Source of the DNA: an uncultured virus (IMG/VR IMGVR_UViG_3300043037_000115)
Taxonomy: Duplodnaviria; Heunggongvirae; Uroviricota; Caudoviricetes
Length of the DNA stretch: 64,000 nucleotides
Strand: one strand, 5' to 3'
IMG/VR virus record: IMGVR_UViG_3300043037_000115
Position numbers and translations under genes: made by a program. The stretch's first letter is position 1; each line of letters starts with the position of its first letter. The notes beneath the pieces were generated by a model that ran no database searches, had not been told where the DNA came from, and worked only from the letters and a program-made list of their open reading frames with translations. Below are positions 46,494 through 56,056 of this stretch, one piece after another.

Positions 46494-46911
46494 GTACCTG
46501 CTTCAGTTTTACGGCTCCGTCTTCGGCACTGGCCCGGAACACAAGGTTGTATGGGTGATCATCACCAATCCACTGCCATGCAGCCTCGGCGGTAATGCCG
46601 GTTTTGTCCCATGCGGAGATGGAGCACCGTTCCGTACCCGGCTGCACTCGCGGGTCTTTACGCACAATCCGTTTGACTTCTGCAATAAATCCCAGTCTAT
46701 TGGCCGTGGTGTTTTCTTCCTTGAACCAGTCCGGGATACGGCTCCCGAACTCGGTGTCATAGAAGAGCGTGCCCACGTAGGTATAGATAGCCAACCAGAT
46801 ATCCTGCACGCCGGTGTCAGCCCCATCAGTGAGGATAAGTTCACCGTTGGCCGCCACGAGGGCTTGCAGGTCAGTGTCGAGGGCTATGTCTTGGCCGAAG
46901 ATTGTATCCAT
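46459..46911 (-). CDS. Baseplate wedge gp25/W-like protein
   Basis: GTLFYDTEFGS and DPRV motifs. Confidence 0.75.
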   Translation of the reverse strand: MDTIFGQDIALDTDLQALVAANGELILTDGADTGVQDIWLAIYTYVGTLFYDTEFGSRIPDWFKEENTTANRLGFIAEVKRIVRKDPRVQPGTERCSISAWDKTGITAEAAWQWIGDDHPYNLVFRASAEDGAVKLKQVLADVRPDASTL

Positions 46912-46927
46912 ATTGCCGAGCTACGTT

Positions 46928-47320
46928 ATGAAATTTGATAACAGGTTGATACGTGATATACTGCGTGTCTTATCTAGGTATTGTGGCGAGTTTGTTCTCT
47001 CAGATATTTATAGAAAGCCCTACGATAAACGCTATCCGTTCAAACAAACTGGCGACTGCTGGAAAGATAGAATGAACTTGCTTCGCCCCTACTTGTTGAT
47101 GCAACACCTAAATTACATGGCAGAAATTGGACTCATTGAGTTAGAACGCAACCCTAGTATTCTTACTTGCCTACCAAAGGCTAAAATCACCAAAGACGGA
47201 CTAGCTCATATCAAATCTAATATTCAGCTATTCTTCAATAACGCTTGGATTAATGCCATAATTGTTGGCATAATAGGCTCAGTAATTTCGGGGCTTATCC
47301 TTTGGAAAATAACTAAATAG
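46928..47320 (+). CDS. Moron: wHTH (DUF2513-like) plus C-terminal TM helix
   Basis: AT-rich, antisense; MKFDNRLIRDIL, HLNYMAEIGLI, ITKDG, hydrophobic C-terminus. Confidence 0.7.
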   Translation: MKFDNRLIRDILRVLSRYCGEFVLSDIYRKPYDKRYPFKQTGDCWKDRMNLLRPYLLMQHLNYMAEIGLIELERNPSILTCLPKAKITKDGLAHIKSNIQLFFNNAWINAIIVGIIGSVISGLILWKITK

Positions 47321-48038
47321 CCCCTCCACTCCTCGATCCCGCATAACTCTCCCCCGCAGTATTCAGGTTGCCGCCAATATCCGCATTGTCGGCAACTGAC
47401 AGCGAGGAACATTGCACATGCCCCAGCACGGTAATGCTGCCTTCTTGCTGGGTGTGTGCCTTGACCGTTGTTGTTCCTACCTCCCCATCAGCGCCGGTTG
47501 CCTGCACGTTTCCTTCCTGAATGATGAGCGGGGCCTTGATGGTCCACACCCCGTCGATTGTCTCCGTCTTGTTGCCGCCCACTGTGGCCACCCGGTTGGC
47601 AGGGGTGACCTCGATAAGGTTCTTGCCTGCATCAATCTTGATGTAGGTGCTCGGGTCCAGCTGGATCACGAGCGCGCCAACCTCGCAGGCCGGGGCGACA
47701 TTGCCTTCCCAACGGAAGTTGCTGATACGCGGGTAGTTGGGATCTCCATCGTAATAGCTGAGGTCACACAGAGTACCGACCATGGGCGGGCAGACAACAC
47801 CGCGTTCCGGGCCGCCCCACAGGATGGGGATTTCCACCTTGGGCACCACCGGCTCTTTCGGGTCCGGGGTGTCATCGTTTCGCAGGGGCTGCACGTCCGC
47901 CCAGTAGCGGCCGTCACTGGCATAGCTCTGCACCACCTGGGCCTTGCGGGTAACACGGTAGTAGCTGCGCAGATTGGGCATGGACAATTCCACCACACGC
48001 TTGAAAAGCCGGAGCAGATCGGTATCAGAACCGTTCAT
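47313..48038 (-). CDS. Baseplate spike/assembly protein V-like
   Basis: OB-fold N-terminus (ADVQPL, PPMVG) and beta-helix-like C-terminus. Confidence 0.75.
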   Translation of the reverse strand: MNGSDTDLLRLFKRVVELSMPNLRSYYRVTRKAQVVQSYASDGRYWADVQPLRNDDTPDPKEPVVPKVEIPILWGGPERGVVCPPMVGTLCDLSYYDGDPNYPRISNFRWEGNVAPACEVGALVIQLDPSTYIKIDAGKNLIEVTPANRVATVGGNKTETIDGVWTIKAPLIIQEGNVQATGADGEVGTTTVKAHTQQEGSITVLGHVQCSSLSVADNADIGGNLNTAGESYAGSRSGGAI

Positions 48039-48858
48039 ATTCCCCTCCGTACCAGAGCCATGTCCTGGCTTTGGTCTGCTCTATGTGGTGTTCCACGTGT
48101 ACGGCCCTGTATTCGGCATCAATGCCGCGACGGACATCCTGCAACTTGAAAAGGCGACCATCCCGCATACCTGGTAACAGAAAAGTTTCCACGCTTCCCC
48201 GCGCTTTGGGTGACTGAGCAGGGTTGTGCGCAATCAACCCCGCTCCGGTGGCGATAACAGGCACCGCCTCCGGCTCATCATTGTGCGGGCCGTATTGAAT
48301 TGCTCCGGCATCATCCAGCCAGAGGGCGTGGTGGCTCATATCCTGCCCGTGGGCCATGGCGCAGCTGTGGGCCAGTTGTTCCATGGCCTGCCACACCGGC
48401 ACATCGCGGAGTGTGAGCCGGGGCAGATTCACGGCGGGCACGTCCACAGTGCCGACAGTGCAGCCGGTCTTGGCCAGAATAAGCCGGGCAAGTACATCGG
48501 CCGTTTCATCCATGTAGGCTTCCGTTACACGGGTACGCATGAAAGGCGCGAACTCCGGGCCAAGCACCTGCACAGTAAGCTGGTCGCGGTTACGGCCAAA
48601 CCCCGGCCGCCATCCATCCACAAGACCGGTCCATTCCCGCGCGGGCTGGCCCCGGTAACCGAAGCGGACAGACACGTGCTGACCAGGTTTCACGCGCTGC
48701 ATCAATACGCCTTCAGGATCAGGCACATCAATCTCGCCGTAACTGGTAACGGTATGGCGGTCGAAGGAAACAACACACCGGGGGCAACGGGCCACCACCA
48801 TACCGTCAATGACGACACGGACATTGATTCCGGCTATAGTGTTTTGTTGCAGGCTCAT
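48025..48858 (-). CDS. Baseplate hub-like protein
   Basis: VRFGY..WTGLVD; synteny. Confidence 0.6.
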   Translation of the reverse strand: MSLQQNTIAGINVRVVIDGMVVARCPRCVVSFDRHTVTSYGEIDVPDPEGVLMQRVKPGQHVSVRFGYRGQPAREWTGLVDGWRPGFGRNRDQLTVQVLGPEFAPFMRTRVTEAYMDETADVLARLILAKTGCTVGTVDVPAVNLPRLTLRDVPVWQAMEQLAHSCAMAHGQDMSHHALWLDDAGAIQYGPHNDEPEAVPVIATGAGLIAHNPAQSPKARGSVETFLLPGMRDGRLFKLQDVRRGIDAEYRAVHVEHHIEQTKARTWLWYGGEYERF

Positions 48859-49373
48859 CAGCGGCCCCCCAGTATACTGGGAGAAAGCCCCGGTTCTGTG
48901 GTCGTGGAACTGGTGGGCGCTGCACCGGCTACGCCGGTCGCCCGCTGCTCGGAAATCTGAATAGGCGGACGATGCTCCATGAAGCGCAACGTCGCCTCAA
49001 CAGTGTCGTCATTGTTGCCTTCGCTGGAATCAAGCGAATCAAAGACCACCTGATCCACATCCCGCGCGGCAAGATGCGGATTGGCCACCCGCAGCACTCG
49101 GGGGTTGGCGGCATTGTCATGGCCCTTGAACAGGCGGTTCAGTTCGGCCAGCTTGTCAAAGCAATCACTGTCATCGTCTGTGAGCAGAAGCAGCGATATT
49201 GAAACCTCGCTATCTTCCCAGCCCATGGGGGTTTTGGTCTTGCCGGAAAGGCCATCCTGCAGGGCTTCGTCGTACCGGACTCTGCCGCCAACACTCAGGC
49301 GTTGCAGGACACCCGGCACGAGGGTATCGCCGAGGCGGATCTCGCCGTGCTCGAAGGTCAGCAGGCCATCCAT
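48858..49373 (-). CDS. Tail tube initiator-like protein
   Basis: Follows the tape measure; SGKTKTPMGWED. Confidence 0.55.
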   Translation of the reverse strand: MDGLLTFEHGEIRLGDTLVPGVLQRLSVGGRVRYDEALQDGLSGKTKTPMGWEDSEVSISLLLLTDDDSDCFDKLAELNRLFKGHDNAANPRVLRVANPHLAARDVDQVVFDSLDSSEGNNDDTVEATLRFMEHRPPIQISEQRATGVAGAAPTSSTTTEPGLSPSILGGR

Positions 49374-49374
49374 G

Positions 49375-51582
49375 CTATGCCTCCTTCACCTGGCTGAGTC
49401 CGGACGCGGAACCGTCGAATTCCGCCACGAGACGTTGCAGCGCCGCCACGAAGCCTTCCCCGTCCTTCACACCGGGCAGGGTTACGGACAGATGCTGGAT
49501 TACGACACGGCCGCTCTCACGGCTGGCCTGCTCACGCCTCTGACCGGCTTGCGCTCCCTTGGCGTTGGCAGCTGCGGTATTAGGGGCCTGCCCGGTGACA
49601 ATAGCCACGCCGGAAAGCGCATCTACCGCCGTGGCCCGCAACCGCGGTGCGGCACCGGTGATGCCTTCACCCAGCGTATCCATGACCTTCTGGCCAGAGA
49701 GTGTGAGCTGAGACAGCGGGCCTTCCCTGGCATCTGAAAACGGCAACAGATTACGCACCCGGCCAAGGATGGAGGAGACAGCTTCAAACGGAGCCCTGGC
49801 CATGGAGGTAATGCCGTCCACAAAGGTGCCGATGAGCCTGCGGCCCGACTCGTATAGAGAAATATCCCCTTTGAAGTAGCTGATCATGGTGCCTATGGCG
49901 CTGGTGACCATTTTGATGGGGGTAACGGCTACACGCACAGCCGCAGCCAGCAAGCGAAAGGCCCCGCCTACCACCACGCCCACAAAATTACCCAAAACAC
50001 GCCACCAGTTGATAGTGTCTGCAGAGCCGAACACGTCATCATCGGATCCGAACACGGCAGAATATGCTTCCTTGATGACTGTAAATGCCTCAGCAATCAC
50101 CGCTCCGGCCTCGTGAAAGGAATCCCCGATCTTATTAAAAGAAGCGCCCAGATCTCCGCCCACCACTTCCACAAAATCCATAATGCCTGACCGCAGCCAT
50201 TCAAAAATGGAGATGAGCGGCTTGAACACCCCCTTCAGTTTGTCCCAATACGCGATAACAAGCACGGCCCCGGCGATGAGCCCGGCCACGAGCAATCCGA
50301 CCGGGTTGGCCAGCATGGCAATATTGAGTGCTCCCATGGCAGCGGTCGCAGCCCATGTTGCAGCGCTGAACAGAGTGACGGCCACTATGACGGCGGCCAA
50401 GCCACCAGCCACGGCCAGCACGGCTTTGCCGACGGGGTGTGAGGCGAGCACATTGAGCCAGCCGACAAGGGTAGTTACAGCTCGAACGGCAATTGTAAGC
50501 GCCGGGGTGAATACTGAACCAATGCTGATGGACAGCCCCTCCCAGCCGGAACCGAGAATGGTGATGGAGCCCTTGAGGTTGTCCAACTGCCTGCTTGCCA
50601 TCTCAGCTGCGGCACCGGCACTGGAACGCAGGGAGTCCGCATAGTTTCCAAGGCTGGTTACGCCCTTGCTCAGCAAGGCGGTAACGGAGCCGACTGCTTC
50701 TTCCCCAAAAATCTTCTTGAGGTACTCGGCCTTTTCGCCGGTTCCCATACCCGCCAATGCGCTTTCAAGGTTCCCCATTACAGACAGGAAGGGAAGCATG
50801 TTGCCCTGTGCATCACGAGTGTTTATGCCCAGCTTCTGCAATGCGGCGGCGGCTTCGCCGGTGGGAGCGGCAAGACGGGTAAACATGATTTTGGTTGCGG
50901 TGCCCGCCACGGCGGCGTTGATGTTGGCATCTGCCAGTTTGCCGGTTATGGCAGCTAGCAGCGCAAAATCTTCTCCAGAACTGGCGACAATGGCACCGGC
51001 GTTCTGAAGGGCCATGCCTAGCCCTTCCACATCAGTGGCACTTGTGGTGGATGTGGCGGCGATGATGTCCGCCACCTTTCCGGCCTTGGCCGCGTCCATC
51101 TGAAACGAGTTGAGCGCACCGGACGTGACCGTGGCCGCTGTGGCAAGATCGGTCTGCGCTGCTGCCGCCAGATCAAGCAGGCCGGGCATGGCTCCGACAA
51201 TCTTGTTAGCAGTAAAGCCCTTCTTGGCCAGCTCCGTCTGCGCTTCCACAACCTGGGCCGCGGAGAAGGCTGTGCTGGCCCCCAGGTCAAGAGCTGACCG
51301 CTGCATCAGCTGCATATCGGAGGCGCTCGCCCGACTGATTGCCCCAAGGCCGGATATGGCCGCCTCAAACTCTGCCGCAACACCGATAGCAGGGGCAAAG
51401 GCCCCTAACACCACCCCGGCGGCTAACGCTAAAGGCAGCAGCTTCTTGGTCAGGTTGCCCATGGACTGAGACAGCGACGACCCTTCCGAGCGGGTGGCGC
51501 GGAATGAATCCCGAACCCGCTTGAGCGGGCCGGAGATGTTGTCCATCAGGCTGAATGTGGCGAAGACGTCGAAGACTTCCAT
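49375..51582 (-). CDS. Tape measure protein (TP901-type)
   Basis: LGASTAFSA, MPGLLDLAAA, LDNLKGS, LPFSDAREGPLS motifs. Confidence 0.92.
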   Translation of the reverse strand: MEVFDVFATFSLMDNISGPLKRVRDSFRATRSEGSSLSQSMGNLTKKLLPLALAAGVVLGAFAPAIGVAAEFEAAISGLGAISRASASDMQLMQRSALDLGASTAFSAAQVVEAQTELAKKGFTANKIVGAMPGLLDLAAAAQTDLATAATVTSGALNSFQMDAAKAGKVADIIAATSTTSATDVEGLGMALQNAGAIVASSGEDFALLAAITGKLADANINAAVAGTATKIMFTRLAAPTGEAAAALQKLGINTRDAQGNMLPFLSVMGNLESALAGMGTGEKAEYLKKIFGEEAVGSVTALLSKGVTSLGNYADSLRSSAGAAAEMASRQLDNLKGSITILGSGWEGLSISIGSVFTPALTIAVRAVTTLVGWLNVLASHPVGKAVLAVAGGLAAVIVAVTLFSAATWAATAAMGALNIAMLANPVGLLVAGLIAGAVLVIAYWDKLKGVFKPLISIFEWLRSGIMDFVEVVGGDLGASFNKIGDSFHEAGAVIAEAFTVIKEAYSAVFGSDDDVFGSADTINWWRVLGNFVGVVVGGAFRLLAAAVRVAVTPIKMVTSAIGTMISYFKGDISLYESGRRLIGTFVDGITSMARAPFEAVSSILGRVRNLLPFSDAREGPLSQLTLSGQKVMDTLGEGITGAAPRLRATAVDALSGVAIVTGQAPNTAAANAKGAQAGQRREQASRESGRVVIQHLSVTLPGVKDGEGFVAALQRLVAEFDGSASGLSQVKEA

Positions 51583-51583
51583 G

Positions 51584-51796
51584 TTACTTGGCTCCCATAA
51601 GGGTGGCGATCAGGTTGGCGGTGACGGCTCCCTGCTGCCGCAGAATGCGTGCTTCCAGTTCCAGCGCTCTGGCTATCTGCTCCCCGAACTCCTCCATATC
51701 CTCGGCGGGTTCTTCCCTGAGCCAGTGGCGCACGATATCGGCGTAGGCCAGAGCGGCGTTGCCACGCACCGCCGCTCTGGCTTGTTCTAGTTTCCC
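51584..51796 (-). CDS. -1 frameshift extension of the tail chaperone
   Basis: G_GGA_AAC directly before TAG; -1 frame open to 51584; 12-bp hairpin downstream. Confidence 0.75.
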   Translation of the reverse strand, partial: GKLEQARAAVRGNAALAYADIVRHWLREEPAEDMEEFGEQIARALELEARILRQQGAVTANLIATLMGAK

Positions 51797-52116
51797 GGTT
51801 CAACCACTCCCGCGCCGCATTTTTTGAACACAGCATCGGCAAAGCTCATGGCCAGCATGGGTTCATCACGGATAATTTCGGCAATCCGCTCCTTCTCATC
51901 CGGGTGAATAATCTGACGCAGAGTATTGCACATTGTGTCGAACTGTTTGGCCTTTTCCACCTTGGCGATGACGGTGAGTTCCTTACGGCCAGGACGACGA
52001 AAACGCAGAGTGATATGCTGGTCATTGCCGTCGAAGTCTTCATAGTCCGCGGTGAAAGGGCGGTATTTATCGCTTGTGATTGCCATGTCGTTCAATTCAC
52101 TTTTGGGTTCTGCCAT
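51787..52116 (-). CDS. Tail assembly chaperone
   Basis: Between tube and tape measure; FRRP motif. Confidence 0.75.
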   Translation of the reverse strand: MAEPKSELNDMAITSDKYRPFTADYEDFDGNDQHITLRFRRPGRKELTVIAKVEKAKQFDTMCNTLRQIIHPDEKERIAEIIRDEPMLAMSFADAVFKKCGAGVVEPGN

Positions 52117-52128
52117 CAGGCCTGCTCC

Positions 52129-52569
52129 TTATTTGTAGTCCGCCACACCATCGCGCATGATCATCTGCGCGGTGCCGGACAGCTTGACGGTTACTTCTTC
52201 ATCGCCCTGCTTGGTTCCTTCATCCACATCGTCGATGAGAATTCCCTTCAGGATAACTTCGTGCTGTTTGGCGCCGTCCGGTTCGAAAGCGAGGGCCACA
52301 TCGAACACGGACTTGAAGATGCCGCCCCGTAATGCACTGACAAGATCCTGATATTCGCTGACCAGCAGGATCATATCCACGCTGGCCTCATAGTTGCCGC
52401 GCGCAGCCCCTACGGAAACAGCACCCTTGCCGTACACACGTTTCTTTTTCTGACTGGCCTTCCAGTTAAGTTCACTGATTCCGACAAAGGCACCATGAGG
52501 ACCGGTGATGCTCACGCTCTCCCAGTCGTGCACGGCACCGTTGACGGTGACGGTTGCGTTAGCTGTCAT
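52129..52569 (-). CDS. Tail tube protein
   Basis: VNG..DWESV, VYGKG, GNYEA; follows the sheath. Confidence 0.8.
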   Translation of the reverse strand: MTANATVTVNGAVHDWESVSITGPHGAFVGISELNWKASQKKKRVYGKGAVSVGAARGNYEASVDMILLVSEYQDLVSALRGGIFKSVFDVALAFEPDGAKQHEVILKGILIDDVDEGTKQGDEEVTVKLSGTAQMIMRDGVADYK

Positions 52570-52579
52570 GGTCTAGCTC

Positions 52580-54271
52580 CTATGCCGCCATGCGCGGATC
52601 GAATTTGCCGCCCGCGTAGACGTAGGATGAAAACAGTTTGATGGTATCAATGATGGGGATGCCGATGAGGGTGGTTTCCGTGGCCACGCCATTGTTGACG
52701 AAATCCTGATCCATGGGGATTGAGACGGCATACCCGGCCAGCTCCTTGGGCTTGGCCTTGACCATGGTGTCCAGCGCATTTTCGAGATTGGCCCGCAGAT
52801 AGGCTAAACCACTGGCATCAGCGCCTTGCAGCGGATCACCCAGTTCATCCTTCAGGGACTTGAGCGCCTGAATACGCATGAGGCGCACCGCCTTGAAGGT
52901 TACCCGCAGCACTTCAAGGCGCTGATAGTCGCTTGTGGAATCCGCCATGGTCCGGGCTGTTCCCCAGTAGACGGCCTGCAACCCGGCGTACCGGGTAAGC
53001 GTGATGTATCCGGCTTCTTCCAGTTCGCTCTGCATGGCCTCGGTGTAGCCTTCCGGCAGAGAGATGCCGGTAATGCCCTGGTCACGCACCCGGCCGATAT
53101 CACGCTGCACAGGTACTTCCATGATACGCCCGGCCAGCAGTCCTCCGGCATTGCGGAGTTTGCGCAGGCCGGTGCGGTCGCTGATCTCGCCGAATCCCAC
53201 GCACACACTGACGAAACGGTGGGCAAACCCCATACGCTCCTGCTTCAGGGCTGTTACCCAGTCATTCAGGTCTTCACCGGCTGCGGGCAGTCTGCCCTCA
53301 CACACAAAAAACGTAGGGCGGTGGCGGTTCCAAAGGTCGTCGGCCAGTGCGCCCATGGCAGCCCAATCCACGGAATCGGACGGACCGACCACATAGACGA
53401 ATTCCGGGTCCACGGTTTCCAGCGGGATGGTCAGGGCGTCGATAACGTCCGCGATGGTAGGCACCGGGGCAAGCAGGTCGAACTGGTATGTGGTACCCAG
53501 CGGATAATCGCCCGCCGGACAGGTGATGGTAACGCCGGTGTCGGCCACAGGAATCTGACCATCCACCGGGATGGTGCGATACGGGCCGAAATTGTCGCCG
53601 CCATCCACGGAAAGGCGATACTGGCCTTCGTTGCGGTCACCGCCCTTGACGATCTGCAGCACCACTTCGGCCCCGGCCTTTACGGTTCCCGCTGCAGTGA
53701 TCTCCGGCCCCAAACCGATGCGGGTAACAGGGCCGATGGGACCACGCACCGAGTAGCGGTAGCGGTCGCCAGCCACGAGATTGCCCGCTGCCAGCACGAT
53801 GGTGGTACCGGTATCGGCAACGCTGATCTGCCCATTCGCAGGCACAGCTGCGGCTACCCCAAATGTTGCCCCGCCGTCCTTGCTCAACTTGCACGTGGCA
53901 ACGCCGGGAGCACCGGCATCCACTATCTCGGCAATCACATCGGCGTTGCCACCGGGAAGACCGCTTACATCGGCATCGGGACCAGTGCCGGTATGCTTGA
54001 GCGTGCTGATGGTGCCACCGGGCGACCCTGCCACCGGAACAGCCAGCACAGTGCTGTCCTGTCCGCCGGTGGCAAAGACATGCTGCAGGCGGTCTACCAG
54101 AGGGCCGGTACCCAGCAGGCCTGTCAGATCGCTACGCTTACCCAGATAGTAGACCTTGCCTACTTCCCCGGCGCTGCATACACCGACAATAAGGGCCTTG
54201 CCGCTCACATCGCCGGGCACAAGGCCGCTGGTGCCGTCCACCAGAAATTCAAATACATCCTTACGGGCCAT
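52580..54271 (-). CDS. Tail sheath (DUF2586-like)
   Basis: IGRVRD, LEEAGYITL, SDYQRLEVLRV motifs. Confidence 0.85.
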   Translation of the reverse strand: MARKDVFEFLVDGTSGLVPGDVSGKALIVGVCSAGEVGKVYYLGKRSDLTGLLGTGPLVDRLQHVFATGGQDSTVLAVPVAGSPGGTISTLKHTGTGPDADVSGLPGGNADVIAEIVDAGAPGVATCKLSKDGGATFGVAAAVPANGQISVADTGTTIVLAAGNLVAGDRYRYSVRGPIGPVTRIGLGPEITAAGTVKAGAEVVLQIVKGGDRNEGQYRLSVDGGDNFGPYRTIPVDGQIPVADTGVTITCPAGDYPLGTTYQFDLLAPVPTIADVIDALTIPLETVDPEFVYVVGPSDSVDWAAMGALADDLWNRHRPTFFVCEGRLPAAGEDLNDWVTALKQERMGFAHRFVSVCVGFGEISDRTGLRKLRNAGGLLAGRIMEVPVQRDIGRVRDQGITGISLPEGYTEAMQSELEEAGYITLTRYAGLQAVYWGTARTMADSTSDYQRLEVLRVTFKAVRLMRIQALKSLKDELGDPLQGADASGLAYLRANLENALDTMVKAKPKELAGYAVSIPMDQDFVNNGVATETTLIGIPIIDTIKLFSSYVYAGGKFDPRMAA

Positions 54272-54273
54272 GG

Positions 54274-54492
54274 TTACCTCCCGCCGCCGACACGGCGTTC
54301 GCGCAGCCGGGTGACTGCGGCATCAAATTCGGCCTTGGTAACAGCCTTGTCGCCCGTCCAGATCTCTGCGCGGAGCATGCCTGCGAGTTCCCACGGTTTC
54401 AGGCCGTGTATGGCAGCCAGTTCGGCCACCTGCTGCAATGCGGCGCGGTCTGAGCCGGAGAGCGGCTCATCTTTTTTTCCCTTACTCACGTC
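54274..54492 (-). CDS. Small hypothetical protein
   Basis: Operon packing; GGAGG before GTG. Confidence 0.5.
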   Translation of the reverse strand, partial: DVSKGKKDEPLSGSDRAALQQVAELAAIHGLKPWELAGMLRAEIWTGDKAVTKAEFDAAVTRLRERRVGGGR

Positions 54493-55024
54493 CTGCCTCC
54501 TGATAGGTTGCATTAGGCGTTACATCCAGAATCCACGGGGTTTCCGTGTCGTCCGTCAGCATGGCGCTGAATTCTATATGGTAAACTTTCGACCATTTCT
54601 TGAGCACCTCCACCAAAGCGGAAGTGAAACCCCGCCAATCCGCGCTGGATACGGAACACGTGACACGGTTGCCGGAAGGGTCGGCAAACTGTCGGGGCAA
54701 GGCCCGGACAAAGGATTCGCACAGGGTATCAAACGTGGACTCATCATTCGTCCACAGGGTGACGGTGATGGGCTGCCGCACCCGATACAGCCTGCGCCGC
54801 AGGGTGCGCTTTCGCTCCGGCTCTGCCGGAGACGCGAATTTACCCACAACGCCGCCCGCCTTATTCAAGCGCTGCGTCTCCCAACGGACATCGATGCGCG
54901 GCACCGGCAATGTGATGTCGTCAGCATCTTCGGGATTCAGCACCACGGCCCCTTCCGGTATTCCGGCGGCCGCTGCGGCCCCTATGATCAGGTCGAAAAG
55001 GAAATTTCTCATATTGGTTGTCAT
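54482..55024 (-). CDS. Putative tail completion/terminator protein
   Basis: Synteny between gpG and the sheath. Confidence 0.55.
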   Translation of the reverse strand: MTTNMRNFLFDLIIGAAAAAGIPEGAVVLNPEDADDITLPVPRIDVRWETQRLNKAGGVVGKFASPAEPERKRTLRRRLYRVRQPITVTLWTNDESTFDTLCESFVRALPRQFADPSGNRVTCSVSSADWRGFTSALVEVLKKWSKVYHIEFSAMLTDDTETPWILDVTPNATYQEAGRE

Positions 55025-55512
55025 CCACCCAGCAGGGCTTGGCGCATGTGCTGCACCATCATCTCCCGCACTTCCTTGACGTCTTCCCCGGACAGACCGA
55101 GGTAGGTACGCTCAGGTATCGTTACCTGATCAACTTGGGCAAAGCCGCCACCCGGCAACGGGAACTTGAGCTTGCCTTTCTTGCCCCTGATGGTTCCCCC
55201 GCGCTGATGGATGGCCGCATATTTCATGCTGGTGCCGATCGTGACCTTGGCCGGGCTGGCTGCGTACCCTATGGATTTTTTGAGAGTTCCCTTGTCCGTC
55301 AGGGTAACGCCGCCTTCGTTCCTGGCCCGGAGTGATGGCTCCCATTTGGAACCGTCCGGGCGCTCCTGATCTTCAAAACGTTGCTGCGTACTGGAAACGA
55401 GCGCCTCGCCGATAGCATCGGCCAGCTGCTGGGTGCGCTGGGCATGCGATATGCCCGCATCCACGGCCCGCATCAGGCCGTCCATGGGCATGGAGAAGGA
55501 TGCGCCAGCCAT
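55021..55512 (-). CDS. Virion morphogenesis protein (gpG-like)
   Basis: YAAIHQRGG and IPERTYLG motifs. Confidence 0.85.
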   Translation of the reverse strand: MAGASFSMPMDGLMRAVDAGISHAQRTQQLADAIGEALVSSTQQRFEDQERPDGSKWEPSLRARNEGGVTLTDKGTLKKSIGYAASPAKVTIGTSMKYAAIHQRGGTIRGKKGKLKFPLPGGGFAQVDQVTIPERTYLGLSGEDVKEVREMMVQHMRQALLGG

Positions 55513-55943
55513 CAGCGCCACCCCTTGAGGTTCAGTGTTGCCGGACGCGTCACCACGGCCAGGGTGCCGTTGGCCCCTGTCGAAGGTTCCAGCCCCAGCT
55601 CATCCAGCCCCAGCTCCAGCTTGTTATCCCGGATCAGAGCCAAGTCCTTGCGGGCCTGCTTATAGAGATCCTGCAGCACCAGCAGCTTGTTGCCTGCGTT
55701 GGTGTCGTCCTTCACCGCCGTTATGCCGCCGATAGCTTCATACGCCGCCATGACAGCCGCCATGCGCTTGATGGTTTCAGGCACTGTGACGAGCGGCAGC
55801 ACGTAATGACGGCGAAGAGCATCGTCGATGGCACCACACACGCTGGCGATCTTTCGTCCCACGATGCCGGGCGTTACCTTGTCTGCCGCATCCAGATACG
55901 CGGCAGGAATGTAGTCGTGCAGGTCGTCTCGTTCGCAGTACAT
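55512..55943 (-). CDS. Head-tail adaptor (gp36/DUF1320-like)
   Basis: MYC..DDL, YVLPL..VP motifs. Confidence 0.8.
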   Translation of the reverse strand: MYCERDDLHDYIPAAYLDAADKVTPGIVGRKIASVCGAIDDALRRHYVLPLVTVPETIKRMAAVMAAYEAIGGITAVKDDTNAGNKLLVLQDLYKQARKDLALIRDNKLELGLDELGLEPSTGANGTLAVVTRPATLNLKGWR

Positions 55944-56056
55944 GCTTGTTCCGGGCGTTTTGAACTAGTTTTGAACTAGTGTTACAGGTTCGACTCGGCC
56001 CGACATCCAGAGGGCCTTGTTCAGGCCCTCTGGAGCGGTCTTCGCACAGTGGGGGA

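Noticed and set aside
52826..55105. 759-aa + strand ORF (also 55979-57421, 60331-61467, 44701-45756, 22230-23300)
   Set aside because: Antisense shadows of clear phage genes in high-GC DNA, with no motifs
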